64,000 nt of DNA from Paludibacteraceae bacterium. Its GTDB lineage: Bacteria > Bacteroidota > Bacteroidia > Bacteroidales > Paludibacteraceae. Every line of letters begins with the position of its first letter. Position 1 is the first letter of the stretch. This document shows positions 45,283 to 53,558 of the stretch, piece by piece. Made by a program: the position numbers and the translations under genes. The stretch lies in the NCBI GenBank assembly GCA_905233415.1, contig CAJOEX010000003.1, positions 21,630 through 85,629 on the forward strand. Reading direction: 5' to 3'. The notes below the pieces were generated by a model, which did no database searches, was not told the origin of the DNA, and saw nothing but the letters and a program-made list of their open reading frames with translations.

Positions 45283-46143
45283 ATGCGTCAATTAAAGATT
45301 ACCAAATCCATTACTAACCGCGAATCTGCTTCGCTCGACAAGTACTTACAGGAAATCGGTCGTGAGGACCTTGTTACCGTTGAGGAAGAAGTGGAATTGG
45401 CGGGACGTATCCGCAACGGCGACCACGCTGCTTTGGAGAAACTGACCAAGGCAAATCTTCGTTTCGTTGTTTCTGTTGCAAAGCAGTACCAGAATCAAGG
45501 CTTGAGCCTTCCTGACCTTATCAATGAAGGAAATCTCGGACTTATCAAAGCCGCCGAGAAGTTTGATGAAACACGTGGATTCAAGTTCATCTCCTATGCC
45601 GTTTGGTGGATTCGCCAGTCTATTCTTCAGGCGTTGGCGGAGCAGTCGCGTATTGTTCGTCTGCCGCTCAACCAAGTCGGCTCCATGAACAAAATCACGA
45701 AAGCGTTCCAGCGTTTTGAGCAGGAGCACGAACGCAAACCGTCTGCCGAAGAATTGGCAGAAGTGCTGGATATTCCTGTAGAGAAGATTGCAGATACGCT
45801 CAAAATGTCGGGGCGTCACGTGTCAGTTGATGCGCCGTTTGTGGAGGGTGAAGACAACTGCCTAATTGATGTCATGGTCAATGAGGATTCTCCGAATGCG
45901 GACCGCGGCCTGATAACCGAGTCGCTCAAAACCGAGATTGACCGTGCTTTATCGACCCTGACGCCGCGTGAGGCGGATATATTGCGCAAGTTCTTCGGTA
46001 TAGGAATGCCGGACAAAACGCTTGAGGAAATAGGTGAGGACCTTAATCTTACGCGTGAGCGTGTGCGTCAAATTAAGGAGAAGGCTATCGAAAAGCTCAA
46101 AAAAGGCTCCCGTTCGCATGTGTTGCAAACCTATTTGGGTTAA
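45283..46143 (+). CDS. rpoD: Primary RNA polymerase sigma factor (short Bacteroidetes sigma-A)
   Basis: 286 aa. Region 2 is [56 protein letters not shown], and region 4 is [26 protein letters not shown]. Confidence 0.9.
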   Translation: MRQLKITKSITNRESASLDKYLQEIGREDLVTVEEEVELAGRIRNGDHAALEKLTKANLRFVVSVAKQYQNQGLSLPDLINEGNLGLIKAAEKFDETRGFKFISYAVWWIRQSILQALAEQSRIVRLPLNQVGSMNKITKAFQRFEQEHERKPSAEELAEVLDIPVEKIADTLKMSGRHVSVDAPFVEGEDNCLIDVMVNEDSPNADRGLITESLKTEIDRALSTLTPREADILRKFFGIGMPDKTLEEIGEDLNLTRERVRQIKEKAIEKLKKGSRSHVLQTYLG

Positions 46144-46146
46144 TCT

Positions 46147-46179
46147 GAAAATGACGTACGGTTACGTATGTCATTTTTT
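46147..46179 (+). terminator. Probable rho-independent terminator after rpoD
   Basis: The hairpin is imperfect (ATGAC-GTA..TAC-(gtat)-GTCAT) and is followed by a run of six T. Confidence 0.45.
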
Positions 46180-46208
46180 CTTTGTCCGTTTAACAAAATT
46201 TTAATCAA

Positions 46209-46976
46209 ATGAAGAAAATAGTATTTGTAGCCCTGGCGGTAAGTGTAATGCTCGGCTGTACCAAAAAGAACGCCAATTCCGATATGGCTGCGTATGAAGA
46301 GCAGGCTGCCAAGTTGGAACAATTGTATAGTGACGAAAGTATAGATGAAGAGACCTTTGAGGCGGCGTTCGACAGCATCAAGAGCGACATGTTGGCTATT
46401 GCCTTGAGAAACGAAGCGGTTGCGATGCGTTTGTTTGAGGACAGAATAGCCCGTTTCTTGTCGATGGAGCAAAAGGCACAATTGTTTGAAGTCGTTAACC
46501 TTGATTCGCTTGAAGCGCATGGATTCGGTGATGCGTATCCGCGTTTTTTAGGCGAATTGAACACGCAGGCGGGCAAGCCGATGATTGAGATTGTTTGTGC
46601 GACGCCCGAAGGCGATACCTTGCGCCTCTCGGAAGTGGTGGCAAAGCATGATTTTGTGCTTGTGGACTTTTGGGCAAGCTGGTGCCGTCCCTGCCGTGAG
46701 TTGATGCCTGAACTCACAAAGCTATATTCCGAAAACCGCAACAAATTGGAGATTGTCAGCATTTCCGTTGACAAGGATTTTGACGCGTGGAAATCGATGA
46801 TTAAGCAGTTGGATTTGCCGTGGTTGCATGGAGCCGCAAGGCAGGCACAACCCGGGACAGCACCGGCTGAGGCATACGGGGTAGGTTATATTCCGACGCT
46901 TTTCTTTATCGGACATGACGGCGTGATTATTGCCCGTGAACCCGATTTGGACTTTGTGCGAGAGAAAATGAATTGA
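46209..46976 (+). CDS. TlpA-family thiol:disulfide oxidoreductase lipoprotein
   Basis: Lipobox VSVMLGC and a thioredoxin-fold motif VLVDFWASWCRPCRELMPEL. Confidence 0.85.
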   Translation: MKKIVFVALAVSVMLGCTKKNANSDMAAYEEQAAKLEQLYSDESIDEETFEAAFDSIKSDMLAIALRNEAVAMRLFEDRIARFLSMEQKAQLFEVVNLDSLEAHGFGDAYPRFLGELNTQAGKPMIEIVCATPEGDTLRLSEVVAKHDFVLVDFWASWCRPCRELMPELTKLYSENRNKLEIVSISVDKDFDAWKSMIKQLDLPWLHGAARQAQPGTAPAEAYGVGYIPTLFFIGHDGVIIAREPDLDFVREKMN

Positions 46977-46997
46977 TTTGAAGATTTGAAGATTATA

Positions 46998-48806
46998 ATG
47001 AAAAACGTAGTAATTCGTTTTTGTGGCGACTCCGGTGATGGAATGCAGCTGACGGGTAATATGTTCTCGTCGCTGTCTGCCATTCTGGGTAATGAGATAT
47101 CCACCTTGCCGGATTTCCCGGCGGAGATTCGTGCGCCGCAAGGCACGCTTGGTGGCGTCAGCGGTTTCCAAGTAAATCTCGGTCAAGGCGTATATACGCC
47201 CGGTGACAAGGCCGATGTGATAGTCGCGATGAATGCTGCGGCTCTCAAGGTTTGTGTGCAAAACGGCTTGTTCCATGAGCACGCTGTAATCATTGTGGAC
47301 ACGGACACATTCACCAAACAGGATCTGGAAAAAGCCTTGTATAAGACCGACAATCCGTTTACCGAACTCCATATCCCGGAGTCCGTACAGATTGTTCCGG
47401 TAGCGCTGACAACGCTTACCAAAGAGTCGCTCAAAGACTCCGGTCTGGATAACAAGTCTGTCCTCAAATCCCGTAATATGTTTGCATTAGGCGTGGTTTG
47501 CTGGCTCTTTGACCGACCGATTGACAAGGCAATACATTTTCTGGAGCAGAAGTTCGCGAAAAAACCGCAACTGGTGCCACACAATGTCAAAGTGCTTACG
47601 GACGGTTTCAACTATGGCCAGAATTTGGCATTGAGTGTGAGCCAAATCAGGTTGGAGGCGAATGACGAAAGGTTAAAGGAGCATGGCAATTATACGTCCA
47701 TAGCGGGCAACAAAGCTACTGCATGGGGACTTATTGCTGCCGCCCAGAAATGCGGTAAGCAGCTCTTCCTGGGTTCGTACCCGATTACGCCGGCAACGGA
47801 TATTATGCACGAACTGGCTGCCCGAAAGGATATGGGTGTCATGGTTGTGCAGGCGGAAGATGAGATTGCCGGTGTTTGTACCGCCATTGGTGCTTCGTTT
47901 GCCGGTGATTTGGCGTGTACATCCACTTCGGGACCCGGACTCAGCCTCAAATCCGAGGCAATTGGTTTGGCTGTAATAGCCGAACTGCCGTTGGTAGTGA
48001 TTGACGTGCAACGTGGTGGACCGAGTACTGGTCTTCCCACCAAGACCGAGCAAACCGATTTGTTGCAGGCGCTGTATGGCCGTAATGGTGAGTGCCCGGC
48101 AGTCGTTTTGGCGGCTTCGACTTCAGCCAACTGCTTTGAATTTGCATATACAGCCTGCAAACTCGCGCTTGAAAACATGACGCCGGTTATTTTGCTGACG
48201 GATACATATCTTGCGAACGGAACAGCTCTGTGGCGTATTCCCAAACTCGCTGAGCTGCCCGAAATCAACCCGCAGTCGGCGCCTGAAAGCCTCAAAGGAA
48301 CGTATAATCCTGCCTTGCGGGACGAACGTGGCGTCCGTTACTGGGCATTTCCGGGAATGGAAGGCTTTGAGCACCGCAATATAGGTCTGGAGCGTGATGC
48401 CGAGAAAGGCACTATATCCACCAATCCCGAAAACCATGAGAAGATGGTGCGTCTGCGTCAGGCGAAAATAGACCAAATAGCGGATGTTATTCCTGACTTG
48501 CAAATCCATGGCAATGTGGATAGTGATACCTTGTTGGTAGGATGGGGTAGTACGGAAGGCCATTTGCGGGTTGCCGCTGAAGAATTGAACTGCGCCTTGG
48601 CGCATTTCAACTACATCAATCCGTTGCCCAAGAACACAGAACAAGTCCTCAAACGTTACAAACGGGTTATTGTGTGCGAACTTAACTCCGGTCAGTTTGC
48701 CACGTACCTCCGTTCACAGTTCGAAGGCTTGCAGTTGGAACAATATAACGAGATTAAAGGACAGCCCTTTGCTGTAGAAAGGATAGTGAATTATGCAAGC
48801 AAGTGA
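46998..48806 (+). CDS. korA: 2-oxoacid:ferredoxin oxidoreductase, alpha (fused gamma-alpha) subunit
   Basis: MKNVVIRFCGDSGDGMQLTG... is the gamma-type N-terminus, followed by the alpha domain GSYPITPATDIMHELA. I prefer the ATG at 46998 to the TTG at 46986, which lies inside the repeat. Confidence 0.85.
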   Translation: MKNVVIRFCGDSGDGMQLTGNMFSSLSAILGNEISTLPDFPAEIRAPQGTLGGVSGFQVNLGQGVYTPGDKADVIVAMNAAALKVCVQNGLFHEHAVIIVDTDTFTKQDLEKALYKTDNPFTELHIPESVQIVPVALTTLTKESLKDSGLDNKSVLKSRNMFALGVVCWLFDRPIDKAIHFLEQKFAKKPQLVPHNVKVLTDGFNYGQNLALSVSQIRLEANDERLKEHGNYTSIAGNKATAWGLIAAAQKCGKQLFLGSYPITPATDIMHELAARKDMGVMVVQAEDEIAGVCTAIGASFAGDLACTSTSGPGLSLKSEAIGLAVIAELPLVVIDVQRGGPSTGLPTKTEQTDLLQALYGRNGECPAVVLAASTSANCFEFAYTACKLALENMTPVILLTDTYLANGTALWRIPKLAELPEINPQSAPESLKGTYNPALRDERGVRYWAFPGMEGFEHRNIGLERDAEKGTISTNPENHEKMVRLRQAKIDQIADVIPDLQIHGNVDSDTLLVGWGSTEGHLRVAAEELNCALAHFNYINPLPKNTEQVLKRYKRVIVCELNSGQFATYLRSQFEGLQLEQYNEIKGQPFAVERIVNYASK

Positions 48807-49782
48807 TTTTAAATCCGACCAATATGTTCGTTTCTGCCCGGGCTGCGGAGACCATGCCATCTGCATGGCACTCCAGAAAGCAATGGCGCAAATAGGTGTT
48901 CCGCCTCATCAGATTGCCGTGATTAGCGGTATCGGCTGCTCGTCACGAATGCCGCATTACCTCAGTCCTTACGGCTTCAACACCATTCATGGCCGTGGCG
49001 GAGCCATCGCTTCCGGAGTCAAAACGTCGCACCCCGAACTGACCGTTTGGCAGATGTCCGGCGACGGCGACTGTATGGCGATTGGCGGTAACCACTTCAT
49101 TCATGAAATCCGCCGCAATGTGGACCTCAATGTCTGCGTATTCAATAACCGCATTTACGGTCTTACCAAAGGACAATATTCTCCGACCTCTCCGAAAGGC
49201 TTTGTCAGCAAGTCTTCGCCGTTCGGAACAGTTGAGCGTCCTTTTATTCCCGGGGAACTGGTGCTTGGTGCGCGCGGCACGTTCTTTGCCCGCACGTTGG
49301 ACGTTGATATGCAGACAACGGTTGATTGTATGGTCAAAGCCTATGCGCACAAAGGGGCTTCTGTGATTGAATGTCTCGTGAACTGCGTTATTTTCAATAA
49401 CGGCACCCATTCATGGATTGCGGACCGCGAAACGCGTGCCGACCATTCCATCGTGCTCCGTCACGGAGAGAAGATGGTTTTCGGCAAGGACAACGACAAG
49501 GGTTTGGCATGGAATCCTGCTGTCCTGAATTTTGAAGTCGTGCGTGCGGACGACGCACGGGTCGCGGTACACGATGCGCATTGCCAGGAAGATACGTTGC
49601 ACCACAAACTGATACAAATGGGACCTGAAAACGGGCTGCCGGTTGCTTTGGGTGTCATTCGCGATGTGGAGGAAGAGACTTACGATGCTGCCGTGAACAA
49701 GCAAATTGCTGATGTCCGTGCCGCCTCCAAAGCCCGCACGTTTGACGAATTGACCGCCACATTGGAACAATTTGAAAGATGA
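48793..49782 (+). CDS. korB: 2-oxoacid:ferredoxin oxidoreductase, beta (TPP-binding) subunit
   Basis: FCPGCGDHAI and ...GDGDCMAIGGNHFIHEIRRNVDLNVCVFNNRIYGLTKGQ. It overlaps korA by 14 nt. Confidence 0.9.
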   Translation: MQASDFKSDQYVRFCPGCGDHAICMALQKAMAQIGVPPHQIAVISGIGCSSRMPHYLSPYGFNTIHGRGGAIASGVKTSHPELTVWQMSGDGDCMAIGGNHFIHEIRRNVDLNVCVFNNRIYGLTKGQYSPTSPKGFVSKSSPFGTVERPFIPGELVLGARGTFFARTLDVDMQTTVDCMVKAYAHKGASVIECLVNCVIFNNGTHSWIADRETRADHSIVLRHGEKMVFGKDNDKGLAWNPAVLNFEVVRADDARVAVHDAHCQEDTLHHKLIQMGPENGLPVALGVIRDVEEETYDAAVNKQIADVRAASKARTFDELTATLEQFER

Positions 49783-50195
49783 TAAATTTTATCTATCAGA
49801 CAAATATCAACTTTCAACTGCCAATTGCCCACTGTCAGCGTTGGCTTCGTGCAGTTGCTGCGTCGTATGGATTTGAAACGGGCGATTTAACGTATATTTT
49901 CTGCGATGACGAGGAGATTCTGCGGGTCAATCGTCAGTTCCTCGGGCATGATTATTATACCGACGTTATCACGTTCGACTATTCCACTACAACACGCGTT
50001 TCCGGCGATATTTACATCTCGCTTGACACGGTCAAAAGCAATGCCGGGCAGCTTGGCATACCCTTTGAGGACGAACTGCTGCGCATTTTGGTGCATGGCC
50101 TTTTGCACCTCACCGGTCAGGGAGATAAAACGCCCGAAACAAAAGCGCAAATGACAGACAAGGAAAACAAGGCCCTTGCCTGCTGGTCAGTATAG
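49779..50195 (+). CDS. ybeY: rRNA maturation endoribonuclease YbeY
   Basis: 138 aa with the metal site HGLLHLTGQGD. It overlaps korB by 4 nt. Confidence 0.9.
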   Translation: MINFIYQTNINFQLPIAHCQRWLRAVAASYGFETGDLTYIFCDDEEILRVNRQFLGHDYYTDVITFDYSTTTRVSGDIYISLDTVKSNAGQLGIPFEDELLRILVHGLLHLTGQGDKTPETKAQMTDKENKALACWSV

Positions 50196-50268
50196 AATGA
50201 ATAATTGTTGCTTCGGTTTATCCGCGGGTGAAACTTCCGGGTAAGCGGCAATTTTTTGAGCCGAAAAA

Positions 50269-50297
50269 CTGTTTTATGCAAGCATAACAGATTTTTT
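50269..50297 (+). terminator. Probable terminator after ybeY, nested inside a longer inverted repeat (50256-50304)
   Basis: Inner stem ctgtt(tt)atgc / gcataacag followed by a run of six T. The outer perfect 7-bp arms are ttgagcc / ggctcaa. Confidence 0.5.
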
Positions 50298-50331
50298 GGC
50301 TCAAAAGTTTGTATATTCAAAAAAAAATGTG

Positions 50332-50339
50332 TAATTTTG
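50332..50339 (+). promoter_or_regulatory. -7 box TAatTTTG for the endonuclease gene
   Basis: taattttg lies about 58 nt upstream of the ATG at 50397. Confidence 0.5.
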
Positions 50340-50396
50340 CGCGGATTTTGTAGATTTGCGGAAATTTTTTTTATTAACAATAAAAACAATACCAAT

Positions 50397-52031
50397 ATGA
50401 AGAAGATTTTTACATTTGTTTTAGTTGCTTTGTTAAGCATGAACATCAATGCTGCTACATGGCTGGAAACCTGTGGTACGAATGTTGAAAAAAGTGGTTC
50501 ATACTGGCCGTACACAACCGATTTTACGGGATGGGACCACTACGGTGACGTAACTTACGGAGGTTGGAACGCAACCGTGCGCTATTTGGGAACATTTTCC
50601 GCCAATGGACCTCATGTGTACCTGGCTGCGAACAAGAATGCTTACCTGACCCTTGGCAATGTGCCCGGCGGCGAGGATTGCGTATTGAGCTTTGAGGCGG
50701 TTTGTTTTGTGGACGGCGGTGAGAGTTCGTACGCGGCTTCGGATGCGCTGGTGGTAACGATAAATGATGTGGAGTACAGTTTGGGCAGTCAGACAATTTC
50801 GTCAAGTGCCTTCACTCCGCTGACAGTCAGTGGAAAGGTTACGGCGGACAAATTGTCGATTTCGATTTCGAAGAAGGCATCTGATGCCAAGCAGGTTCGT
50901 TTGGATAATTTCAAAGTGACTCCTGCCGGTTCTGCAGAGACCTATTACACCTTGAACATCAGTGCCGGAGACGGCGGCACGGTGAATTCTTCCGTTAACG
51001 GTTCGTACAAGGAAGGCACTTCCGTAACGATTGAGGCAACTCCGAATGACGGCTATCGTTTCGCAAAGTGGAGCGATGATAATACGTCCGCAAAGCGTAC
51101 GATTGAAATGACGGGCAATATCACGCTCAAGGCATACTTTGAAGAGCAGGTTGCTTGCGCACACCCCGAATTGGAAGGCAAGAAAGGTAACGAAATCCTG
51201 AATGCTTTGTACGAGCAAATCAAGGATCATACGGTGTTGTCCTATGATGCTATACGTGCAGATAAAGCAGGCGTGGATATCCGCTCAAACGGAACGGTTT
51301 GGGATATGTATTCGGACTGCTCATTTACCAAATACAGCTACTGCGGATACGGATCGGACTTCCCCGAGTGCGACTGCTACAACCGCGAGCATAGTCTGCC
51401 CAAATCCTTCTGGGGCGGAAGTGATGAAGAGCCGATGTACTTTGATTTGCACCATGTTATTCCGACTGACTATGTTGCCAATACCAATCGTTCAGCTTGG
51501 CCGTATGGTGAAGTGGATGGAACGCCGACTTGGAGCAACTCATTGGGAAGCAAGCTTGGTAAGAGCTCTACATTCAACACTACCGTTTTTGAGCCGGCTG
51601 ACGAGTACAAAGGCGATCTTGCCCGTATATACTTCTATATGGCAACCTGCTATAAAGATAAGAACTTCACCCAAGGAGGAATGGGCTCAAAGGTATTCCA
51701 GAGCGGCACAGCTACCTTTACCTATTCTGCACGTACTATGCTGATGAAGTGGCATCGTGCAGACCCTGTTTCACAGAAAGAGATAGACCGAAACAATGCA
51801 GTAGCCAAGAAGCAGGGAAACCGCAATCCGTTTGTGGATTCACCCGACTTGGCTGAGTATATTTGGGGTACCAAGAAGAATGAGGCTTACAAATGCCCTG
51901 TAACGGATATTGAGGATGTTGAGTTCTTTGAACAGATTGAGCACGCGGCTAAGAAAGTCATGATAGACGGTCATATCTATATCCTGCGTGACGGCAAGGT
52001 TTATACGATTACTGGAGCAGAAGTGCGGTGA
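50397..52031 (+). CDS. Secreted endonuclease I family nuclease with N-terminal accessory domains
   Basis: The true start is MKKIFTFVLVALLSMNINA (signal peptide). A Listeria-Bacteroides-type repeat follows (YTLNISAGDGGTVNSSVNGSYKEGTSVTIEATPNDGYRFAKWSDDNT). The C-terminal nuclease core carries NREHSLPKSFWG, HHVIPTD and GNRNPFVD. Confidence 0.75.
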   Translation: MKKIFTFVLVALLSMNINAATWLETCGTNVEKSGSYWPYTTDFTGWDHYGDVTYGGWNATVRYLGTFSANGPHVYLAANKNAYLTLGNVPGGEDCVLSFEAVCFVDGGESSYAASDALVVTINDVEYSLGSQTISSSAFTPLTVSGKVTADKLSISISKKASDAKQVRLDNFKVTPAGSAETYYTLNISAGDGGTVNSSVNGSYKEGTSVTIEATPNDGYRFAKWSDDNTSAKRTIEMTGNITLKAYFEEQVACAHPELEGKKGNEILNALYEQIKDHTVLSYDAIRADKAGVDIRSNGTVWDMYSDCSFTKYSYCGYGSDFPECDCYNREHSLPKSFWGGSDEEPMYFDLHHVIPTDYVANTNRSAWPYGEVDGTPTWSNSLGSKLGKSSTFNTTVFEPADEYKGDLARIYFYMATCYKDKNFTQGGMGSKVFQSGTATFTYSARTMLMKWHRADPVSQKEIDRNNAVAKKQGNRNPFVDSPDLAEYIWGTKKNEAYKCPVTDIEDVEFFEQIEHAAKKVMIDGHIYILRDGKVYTITGAEVR

Positions 52032-52933
52032 TTTTATTAGACGGCAAATATACAGCGTCTCAGATTCGGGCGGAACTGAAGGCGAAAGTCGATGCATTTT
52101 TGGCGGCGGGGCATCGCGCGCCGTGTCTTGGCATCGTTATAGTCGGGCATAATCCGGCGAGCGAAACCTATGTGGCTAACAAGATGAAAGCCTGTGCCGA
52201 AGTTGGAATAGTAGCTCGGAAGATTGCGCTTGAAGATACAGTTGACGAAGCGGAACTTTTGTCATGTGTGACGCAGTTGAATTCGGATGCAAGCATAGAC
52301 GGTTTTATCGTTCAGTTGCCTTTGCCACCGCATATCAGTGAGCAGCGAATCCTTTCTGCCATTGACTACCGCAAGGACGTGGATGGTTTGACGGCGGAAA
52401 ATATCGGCCGTACCGTGCAGGGACTGCCGTCCATCGTAAGTGCTACGCCCCGAGGTATCAGCGAATTGCTTTGCCGCTATCATATTCCGACAGAAGGCAA
52501 ACATGTCGTGGTTATCGGCAGGTCGAATATCGTCGGAAAACCGATGGCAATACTGCTCATGCAACGGCCGTATTTATTGCTGCCGAAAATGAGTGCCGCT
52601 GCTGTCGGAAACGCTACAGTCACCATCTGTCACAGCAAAACGCAGCACTTGAAGGATATTTGCCTTACGGCGGATATCATCATCGTGGCGGCGGGCAGTC
52701 CCGGATTGCTCAAAGCTGATATGGTGCCCGAGGGAGCAACCGTTATTGATGTCGGCATAACCCGTGTGGACGACCCGGCAAGCCCCAAAGGGTATCGCTT
52801 GGCGGGAGATGTGGACTTTGAAAACGTGGCGCCCAAGTGTGCGTATATAACGCCTGTTCCGGGTGGAGTGGGGCCGATGACGATTGTCAGTCTGCTGAGC
52901 AACACCTTGCAAGCCTATGAGATACATCGGTAG
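52028..52933 (+). CDS. folD: Bifunctional methylenetetrahydrofolate dehydrogenase/cyclohydrolase
   Basis: GTG start in a GTGA overlap with the upstream stop. MILLDGKYTASQIRAELK, ...VIVGHNPASETYV..K.KAC, VVIGRSNIVGKPMA and TPVPGGVGPMT are present. Confidence 0.9.
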   Translation: MILLDGKYTASQIRAELKAKVDAFLAAGHRAPCLGIVIVGHNPASETYVANKMKACAEVGIVARKIALEDTVDEAELLSCVTQLNSDASIDGFIVQLPLPPHISEQRILSAIDYRKDVDGLTAENIGRTVQGLPSIVSATPRGISELLCRYHIPTEGKHVVVIGRSNIVGKPMAILLMQRPYLLLPKMSAAAVGNATVTICHSKTQHLKDICLTADIIIVAAGSPGLLKADMVPEGATVIDVGITRVDDPASPKGYRLAGDVDFENVAPKCAYITPVPGGVGPMTIVSLLSNTLQAYEIHR

Positions 52934-53558
52934 TATTGTCCTTGCCGTGTTATGTGCAATCAGCGCTTGGGCTGAGGATACCGAACGGCAGACAAGACGT
53001 GTGGTGGTTGATACCGTCTTTAATTGCAGTCTGGAGCGCGCCAATGCCGTAATCGATACGTTTGTGTATCAGTTGCAGACAGACATTAACGCTTTGTTCG
53101 ATTGGGCGTTTCTTGGCACAGAAAACCAGGGCGATACGAAAGGCAAGGACGCTGTGGCGATTGTTTATACCGGCAATACATACGACGAAAAAACACGGAC
53201 AGGCATACTGAAGTTCACCGTTTATGTATTGGGACTTGCATGGTTCAAGAATCGTGAATTAGGTTCCGTTTATCGTGACAGTGTAGTGAACAACACCCGC
53301 TTTGCACGACTGGATATCACCTATTCGGGTTCTCTATTGCAAAATGCCGACGGACAGTTCCATACAACAGCCATAGACGCCGACCGCACCAATGTGCATT
53401 TCGAGTTGAATGTGGTGCTCGGCAGGTTCTTTTCGGCCTTTGTGACCAACAAGACGTGGAACGAAGTGGCGGTGTGGCGCATAAAAATGATGATTGAAAA
53501 TATTAAAGAATATGCCGAAACAGGCAAAGTGGAACCCAAAAAATCCAAACAGAAATGA
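52917..53558 (+). CDS. Small exported protein, function unknown
   Basis: Signal peptide MRYIGSIVLAVLCAISAWA. It overlaps folD by 17 nt and shares an ATGA overlap with the M16 peptidase gene. I recognise no motif. Confidence 0.5.
   Translation: MRYIGSIVLAVLCAISAWAEDTERQTRRVVVDTVFNCSLERANAVIDTFVYQLQTDINALFDWAFLGTENQGDTKGKDAVAIVYTGNTYDEKTRTGILKFTVYVLGLAWFKNRELGSVYRDSVVNNTRFARLDITYSGSLLQNADGQFHTTAIDADRTNVHFELNVVLGRFFSAFVTNKTWNEVAVWRIKMMIENIKEYAETGKVEPKKSKQK

Noticed and set aside
50256-50396. N-terminal extension of the endonuclease ORF from the TTG at 50256
   Set aside because: It spans a terminator-like inverted repeat and the promoter box. The Met at 50397 begins a normal signal peptide.
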